Source of the DNA: Longimicrobiales bacterium
Lineage (GTDB): Bacteria; Gemmatimonadota; Gemmatimonadetes; Longimicrobiales; Gaopeijiaceae
Length of the DNA: 64,000 bases
NCBI GenBank assembly: GCA_963664435.2
Contig: CAXXKM010000001.1
Location: forward strand, 1,056,001 to 1,120,000
Direction: 5' to 3'
A program made the translations under genes and the position numbers. Below the pieces are notes generated by a model. It was given only the letters and a program-made list of their open reading frames with translations. It was not told where the DNA came from and ran no database searches. Positions 56,195 through 64,000 of the stretch are shown one piece after another (position 1 is the stretch's first letter; every line of letters begins with the position of its first letter).

Positions 56195-57538
56195 TCAGCT
56201 CGCCTCCGGTGGCCTCCTCAGCACCCCCGCAAACAGGATCGCGCCCGACTCTCGCGCGCGGATCACGTAGGCGAACGGCCGGTTCGCGATCACTGATGGA
56301 GGAAGGCTCGTGACCCCGATCCCCACGGACGTTGTGGCGGCTCCCTCCGCCCCTTCTTCGGCCACCTCGATAAACGTCTTCTGCTTGACTTCGGAAATGT
56401 AGAGCGGAGGAGAAGACCCGGAGATGCCTGTGAAGTCGGCGATGTTCGGGGTGAAGGCGTCCGTCATGCCGAGCGACTGCAGAATCTCCTTCAGATTCCT
56501 CTCATACTCCACCCGGAACCGGGGAAGCACGACCCTCACCTTCCTCTCGTTCAGCGTGTCGAGCAGGCCCTGCCAGCGCTTCGCATCCATCGACGCGATC
56601 TCCGCATCGATGCTGGTGTTCGTGCCGGGAACCAGCACCATCATCGAGAAGGCTCCTTCCCCGAACGGCAGCTCGACGATCTGAAGGCCCTCGTCCCCGC
56701 CATGGGGGAACTCGGCGGTCTGGTCCATCATGGGCATCGACTGCGACTCGCCCTCGGCGATGTGGAAGGGAGCAACCTGGGTCTTTTCCGGATCGAATGC
56801 GTACGTCCAGGGGCCCTTGAAGTAGGTGGCGTTGATGAGAAAGAGCATCGTCAGAGCGTCGATGGGGGATTCGATGATCTCTTCGATGCGTCCGTTGGTC
56901 CCGTCAGAGACCCATTGATTGATGATATCGGCGGCGGCGGGACTCGAGAAGTCGAGCCCTGCGAACTCCGCGTCGAAGAAGGCCCGGAGCGTGTTCAGGA
57001 AGCCCTGGTCGACGGGGAATCCGTCGCGACGCCAGGCCGAGTTGGCGATCTGCATGCTCACGGAGGAATCCGCTGCCGGCAGCTGGGTCATCAGGCCGTG
57101 ATAGCCCAGGTTGATCGTGTCCAGCGGGGCATCCTCGAATCCGAGAGTGGCCTGGATCTGACTGTACGTCGCGCCCCGGGCTCCGTTGAGCGCCATGCCA
57201 AGCGCCATCGAGGCGCTGAGTGGCGAGACGAGGACATTCTCTTCCGGATCGGCCGCCATCATGGCGGGAAGCAGACTCCAGGCGAAGGCGTTGCTCTTCT
57301 CGAGGACTGCCGCCTCGGCGGAGGCCGAGCGCGGGGGGACGGCGATCGAGTCGGCCGGTGGCGGGTCCGGAGGTTCGGCAGGTTCCGGCACGATCGGCTC
57401 GGCGGGATCGCCCGAGCAGGCCAGCGCGGCAAGTACCGCCGGCATCCACAGAGCAGCAAGAACGCGGAGAGCCGGCGCGATCCGGACCGTCACGATCCGA
57501 AGAACGCGTGGGCTGTGTCCGGCGTTGCCAGCTCTCAT
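56195..57538 (-). CDS. Serpin-family lipoprotein
   Basis: NVLVSPLSASMALGM, LINATYFKGPW, hinge EEGAEGAATT, ANRPF; lipobox ALAC; start uncertain. Confidence 0.92.
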   Translation of the reverse strand: MRAGNAGHSPRVLRIVTVRIAPALRVLAALWMPAVLAALACSGDPAEPIVPEPAEPPDPPPADSIAVPPRSASAEAAVLEKSNAFAWSLLPAMMAADPEENVLVSPLSASMALGMALNGARGATYSQIQATLGFEDAPLDTINLGYHGLMTQLPAADSSVSMQIANSAWRRDGFPVDQGFLNTLRAFFDAEFAGLDFSSPAAADIINQWVSDGTNGRIEEIIESPIDALTMLFLINATYFKGPWTYAFDPEKTQVAPFHIAEGESQSMPMMDQTAEFPHGGDEGLQIVELPFGEGAFSMMVLVPGTNTSIDAEIASMDAKRWQGLLDTLNERKVRVVLPRFRVEYERNLKEILQSLGMTDAFTPNIADFTGISGSSPPLYISEVKQKTFIEVAEEGAEGAATTSVGIGVTSLPPSVIANRPFAYVIRARESGAILFAGVLRRPPEAS

Positions 57539-57739
57539 CAGCCGGCCCGAAGGGGAGGGACGCTTCAACATCAACTCGCTCATGGTGAAAAGTAGCACTG
57601 TCCTCGGGGAACCGGCGGCATCTCGGGGATCCGGGGAAAGCCCCGCAGCACTAGGCAGAACACCGACCGAACCCCAATATCTTTCCTGTCATCCTGCCTC
57701 CAGGCCTCAACGGCCTGACCCAACCCCTGCGGACTCCTC

Positions 57740-58132
57740 ATGCAACTCGGCGCATTCTCCATCAGCCTTTCCGTCCAGGACCTCGAAGCCTCGAAATCCT
57801 TCTACGAAAAGCTCGGCTTCAAGCAGACCGGCGGGGACGGCACGGGATACCTGATCATGGTCAACGACACCACGATCATCGGCCTCTTCCACGGGATGTT
57901 CGAGGGCAACATCCTCACCTTCAATCCCGGGCTCGCCCAGGACATGTCGCGGCCGGAGATCTTCACGGACGTGAGGGAAATCCGGGCGTCGCTGTTGGCG
58001 GACGGCGTGGAGATGTCGACCGATACGGACCCGGATGGCAACGGCCCCGCGCACATCGTGGTGGTGGATCCGGACGGGAACCCGGTGCTGATCGATCAGT
58101 TCTTCCCGAGACCGGGGAGCGAGGGCGCCTAG
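57740..58132 (+). CDS. VOC/glyoxalase-family protein
   Basis: [25 protein letters not shown]...[11 protein letters not shown]. Confidence 0.9.
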   Translation: MQLGAFSISLSVQDLEASKSFYEKLGFKQTGGDGTGYLIMVNDTTIIGLFHGMFEGNILTFNPGLAQDMSRPEIFTDVREIRASLLADGVEMSTDTDPDGNGPAHIVVVDPDGNPVLIDQFFPRPGSEGA

Positions 58133-58228
58133 GCGACGCCTCCGTTGCCTCCCCGCCGGGGCGCCGTCTATCCTTCGGCCGCCGGAGTCCAGGCCCGGCC
58201 GCCCATTCCAACGCCCCGGAGCAGCACC

Positions 58229-58681
58229 TTGAGCCGAACCGAAGTGCAACGCACGATCGCCGCGCCCGCCGACAAGGTTTTCGCAGCGGTCGCAGACGTG
58301 AGACAGTTCTCGCGCGCCGTAGAGAACATCGAGCGCGTCGAGTTCGTGTCCGACACCCGCACCGGCCTGGGCACCCGCTTCCGCGAAACCCGCCTCATGC
58401 GTGGGCGCGAGGCCACGGTCGAACTCGAGATCACGGAGTTCGCACCGCCCGAGCGAGTCCGGTTTCTGTCGGAGGCGGGTGGTGTCCGGTGGGACACGGT
58501 CTTCACGGTCGCGGCAGCCCGGGGCGGGAACACGCGCCTCGCGATGGTCATGGAGGCGACGCCTCTCACCCTCCCCGCCCGACTCATGGTGCCGCTGATG
58601 AAAGGCATGGTCCGCAAGGCGATTGCCGCGGACATGGACGCGGTCAAGGCGTATTGCGAGAAGGCGGCTGGCGACGCCTAG
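58229..58681 (+). CDS. SRPBCC (polyketide cyclase/START-like) protein
   Basis: RTIAAPADKVFAAVAD, GLGTRFRETR, ITEFAPPERV, C-terminal helix. Confidence 0.8.
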   Translation: MSRTEVQRTIAAPADKVFAAVADVRQFSRAVENIERVEFVSDTRTGLGTRFRETRLMRGREATVELEITEFAPPERVRFLSEAGGVRWDTVFTVAAARGGNTRLAMVMEATPLTLPARLMVPLMKGMVRKAIAADMDAVKAYCEKAAGDA

Positions 58682-58914
58682 CGCGCCGGGTCGGGCCAGG
58701 CATGGCCGCAGCCGGCGATGCCCGCCAGTACCGGGAGCCAACTGACGAATGGTGCCCTGAATCGGGCTCGAATGAAGTCCGTCACCGGCATTCCCTGCCC
58801 CGGGGCCCCGACGCGCGGGCACCGGGGTTTGCATCGTCGTTCGAGCGCATCCAGCTTTGGGCGCTTAAGGTTCGGTAGCTGCACCCACCACGACACCCCC
58901 AGAGACGCACAAAC

Positions 58915-61185
<2,271 letters not shown>

Positions 61186-61215
61186 CAGCCCGAATCTCTT
61201 CCGAAGGAGCAAGAC

Positions 61216-62637
61216 ATGACATTCGATGCACGCGCGAGGCGCTCCGGCGGCAAGGCGCTCTTCCTGCTCGCGTTGGCCCCGGCGCTGCTTGCGCTGGCCC
61301 CGGCGCTCGCGGGCGATCTTGTGGCCCAGAAGCCGGCTTTCGTCCCGGAGGATGTCCCGGCCCGGGTCCATCCCCTGCCCTCCCTGCGCGAGCAGGCGGT
61401 GGAGCAGCAGGAGTGGCTGGAGCTGCGCATCGGGCGCATTCTGCCGGCGCTGATGGCGGAATACGACGTGCGCATGTGGGTCCTGTCGATGCGCGAGTAC
61501 GCGGAGGATCCGGTTTTCTGGTCGATCACCTCGCCCACCACCTTCGCCGCCCGCCGCCGCTCCATCTACGTCTTCACCCGCCAGGATGACGGCGCGGTCG
61601 AACGGCTGGCGCTGGGCGGGACCGACCAGGGCGGAGTCTTCCAGGCGTACCGCTCCACGCGGCCGGCGCCCACCCAGCCCACCGCGGAACTGGTCGGCAA
61701 CGAGCAGTGGCGGCTGCTGCGCGAGCTGGTGGAGGACCGCGACCCGGAGAACATCGTCCTCAACATCGACCCGGACTGGGCATTCTCCGACGGGCTGCAC
61801 GCCGGGGAGCGCGAGGAGCTGGAGGAGGCGCTGGGCCCGGAGCTGATGGGGCGCGTGAAGCGCGAGCCGCGCCTGGCCATGAACTACATCGCGCTGCGCC
61901 TGCCGGAGATGATGCCCCGCTACCGCAAGGTCGAGGAGACCGTGCACGCGGTCATCTCGGAGGCCTTCTCGAACGCGGTGATCACGCCCGGGGAGACCAC
62001 GGTCGAGGACGTGGAGTGGTGGATGCGCCAGCGGGTGCGCGACCTGGGCTACACGACCTGGTTCCAGGCCAACGTGGACGTGCAGCGCGCGGGCGAGGTG
62101 CCCTCGGACGGCCCCGCGGTGATCGAGCGCGGCGATCTGCTCTGGACCGACTTCGGGGTGGTGGCGCAGAACCTCCACACCGACACCCAGCACCTGGGCT
62201 ACGTTCTGCGCGAAGGCGAGACCGAGGCGCCGGCAGGGCTGCGGCAGTGCATCGCCAACTCGAACCGCCTGCAGGACATCCTGCTGGAGCACATGGAGCC
62301 GGGGCTGACCGGCAACGTGATCCTCGCCAACACGCTGGCGCAGATGCGGGAGGAGGGGATCAACGGGACGGTGTACACGCATCCCATCGGCGATCACGGC
62401 CACGGCGCGGGGCCGCTGATCGGGCGCTGGGACGGGCAGGAGGGGGTGCCGGTGCGCGGCGACGCGGTGCTGCTGCCCTCGACCTGGCACTCGATCGAGC
62501 TGCAGGCCACGACCCCGATCCCGGAGTGGGACGGCAAGCCGGCGAGCTGCCGCCAGGAGGAGGAGGCGTACCTGGACACCGACGGCGCGCGGCACTGGGT
62601 GTTCCGGCGGCAAAGCAGGTTTCACATCGTGTGGTAG
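61216..62637 (+). CDS. M24 Xaa-Pro peptidase-family secreted protein
   Basis: GDLLWTDFG, TDTQH, YTHPIGDHGHGAGP, SIE, EEE metal ligands. Confidence 0.85.
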   Translation: MTFDARARRSGGKALFLLALAPALLALAPALAGDLVAQKPAFVPEDVPARVHPLPSLREQAVEQQEWLELRIGRILPALMAEYDVRMWVLSMREYAEDPVFWSITSPTTFAARRRSIYVFTRQDDGAVERLALGGTDQGGVFQAYRSTRPAPTQPTAELVGNEQWRLLRELVEDRDPENIVLNIDPDWAFSDGLHAGEREELEEALGPELMGRVKREPRLAMNYIALRLPEMMPRYRKVEETVHAVISEAFSNAVITPGETTVEDVEWWMRQRVRDLGYTTWFQANVDVQRAGEVPSDGPAVIERGDLLWTDFGVVAQNLHTDTQHLGYVLREGETEAPAGLRQCIANSNRLQDILLEHMEPGLTGNVILANTLAQMREEGINGTVYTHPIGDHGHGAGPLIGRWDGQEGVPVRGDAVLLPSTWHSIELQATTPIPEWDGKPASCRQEEEAYLDTDGARHWVFRRQSRFHIVW

Positions 62638-62809
62638 AGTGCCCCGGGTCCCGCATCCAGCCACACCCGCCCGGAGAGCAGCTGCGGTCGGGAAGGCAAT
62701 CGGAGATAACAACAGTAGTTGTCAGTAAATAACAGTTGATGGAGAGGCAGCGGCTGGCCATGGCCGTCGGATGCGATTTTGGCGGAGACACCTGCAGATG
62801 GGAAACGGA

Positions 62810-64000
62810 ATGACCATGAAGGCGACACGGAATTCGATCCGGAGCACGGCCCACACGATTCGGCGCAGAGCTCATTCGATTCGGCGCACGGCCCTGGGGA
62901 TAGTGCTGGCCTCGGGCGGAGCGATGGCCGGGGCGGCCGAGCCGGCGGCAGCGCAGGGATTGGCCGTGCCGGATCCCGTCCTTGAGGGCATCTGGACCGA
63001 GGCGATGGACAACTCGCAGATCGAGCCCATGGGGCAGGTGCTGCTGGACGCCATCGGGCCCCGGCTCACCGGCACGCCGCACATGGAGCGTGCCCAGGAA
63101 TGGGCGGTCTCGATGCTGTCCCGCTGGGGCGTGGAGGCGCGCACCGAGGAGTACGGCACCTGGGAGGGATGGGACCGCGGGGTCAGCCACGTGGACCTGG
63201 TGGCGCCGCGGGTGCGCTCGCTGGAGGGGCGCATACTGGCGTGGAGCCCGGGCACCGGGGGCGAGCCGGTGGAGGGCGGAGTGGCCGTGCTTCCGGAGAT
63301 GCGCTCGCCGGCGGACTGGGAGGCCTTCCTGGGCACGGTGAGCGGGAAGTGGGTGATGTTTTCCTTCCCCCAGCCGACCTGCCGGGCGGACGAGCAGTGG
63401 GTCGAGTTCGCGCAGGAGGGCTCGTATGAAGCCATGGCCCAGGCGCGCACGGCGGCGAACCGGGCCTTCAACCAGGGCTTGGCCGCCACCGGCTCGCGCG
63501 ACCCGCGCCGCCGCGACCTGCACGCGCGGATCGAGGAGGCGGGCGCGCTGGGGATCGTGACCTCGCTCTGGCCGGGTTCGTACGGGACCACGCGCGTCTT
63601 CAACGCCTACAACCGCGAGACCCCCACCTTCGAGTTGGGGTGCGAGGACTACGGGCTCGTCCATCGTCTGGCCGCCAACGGACAGGAGCCGGTGCTGCGG
63701 CTGACCGCGGAAGCCGAGAACCTGGGCGAGGTGCCGGTGTCCAACGTCATCGGCACCATCCCGGGGACGGAGCTCCCGGACGAGTACGTCATGCTCTCGG
63801 CCCACTTCGACTCCTGGGAGGGCGGATCGGGCGCGACCGACAACGCCACCGGGTCGCTGCTCATGCTCGAGACCATGCGCATCCTGTCCGAGGTCTACCC
63901 GAACCCGAAGCGCACCATCCTCATCGGGCTCTGGAACGGAGAGGAACAGGGGCTCAACGGCTCGCGTGCCTTCAGCGAGGACCATCCCGAGGTGGTGGAG
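62810..64000 (+). CDS. M28-family (carboxypeptidase Q-like) peptidase, runs off the right edge
   Basis: Manual translation: LLDAIGPRLTG, NVIGTIPG, LSAHFDSW, GATDNATG, WNGEEQGLNGS. Confidence 0.88.
   Translation, partial: MTMKATRNSIRSTAHTIRRRAHSIRRTALGIVLASGGAMAGAAEPAAAQGLAVPDPVLEGIWTEAMDNSQIEPMGQVLLDAIGPRLTGTPHMERAQEWAVSMLSRWGVEARTEEYGTWEGWDRGVSHVDLVAPRVRSLEGRILAWSPGTGGEPVEGGVAVLPEMRSPADWEAFLGTVSGKWVMFSFPQPTCRADEQWVEFAQEGSYEAMAQARTAANRAFNQGLAATGSRDPRRRDLHARIEEAGALGIVTSLWPGSYGTTRVFNAYNRETPTFELGCEDYGLVHRLAANGQEPVLRLTAEAENLGEVPVSNVIGTIPGTELPDEYVMLSAHFDSWEGGSGATDNATGSLLMLETMRILSEVYPNPKRTILIGLWNGEEQGLNGSRAFSEDHPEVVE
62833..62895 (+). repeat. Three degenerate 21-bp units in the signal-peptide n-region
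   Basis: Encodes SIRSTAH-TIRRRAH-SIRRTAL. Confidence 0.65.

Overview
High-GC bacterial chromosome segment; gene content (PQQ-type dehydrogenases, 6-bladed propeller lipoproteins, LRR/FN3/serpin eukaryotic-like proteins) suggests a Gemmatimonadota-like, possibly animal/sponge-associated organism (inference only). Metabolic flanks (peptidases, PhzF, tRNA-Ile, reductive-dehalogenase-like gene, SSS transporters, galactose-type salvage genes, maeB) surround a roughly 21-48 kb accessory region of surface proteins and regulators. Two main observations. (1) A 6,342-bp integrative mobilizable element (P4-type integrase, AlpA, ColE1-style nested mob genes) has inserted into the conserved IPPEL codons of a leucine-rich-repeat gene, with 12-bp direct repeats whose recombination would restore the gene in frame. 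(2) An intact but nuclease-dead TnpB-derived ORF is translationally coupled to an AraC-like regulator, keeps an omegaRNA-like structured 3' end, and sits divergent from a giant surface lipoprotein gene: a candidate RNA-guided regulatory system. Also seen: hicAB flanked by perfect 30-bp repeats and a 40-bp copy of internal galK sequence. All family calls are by motif recognition, not database search; many start codons are best guesses.
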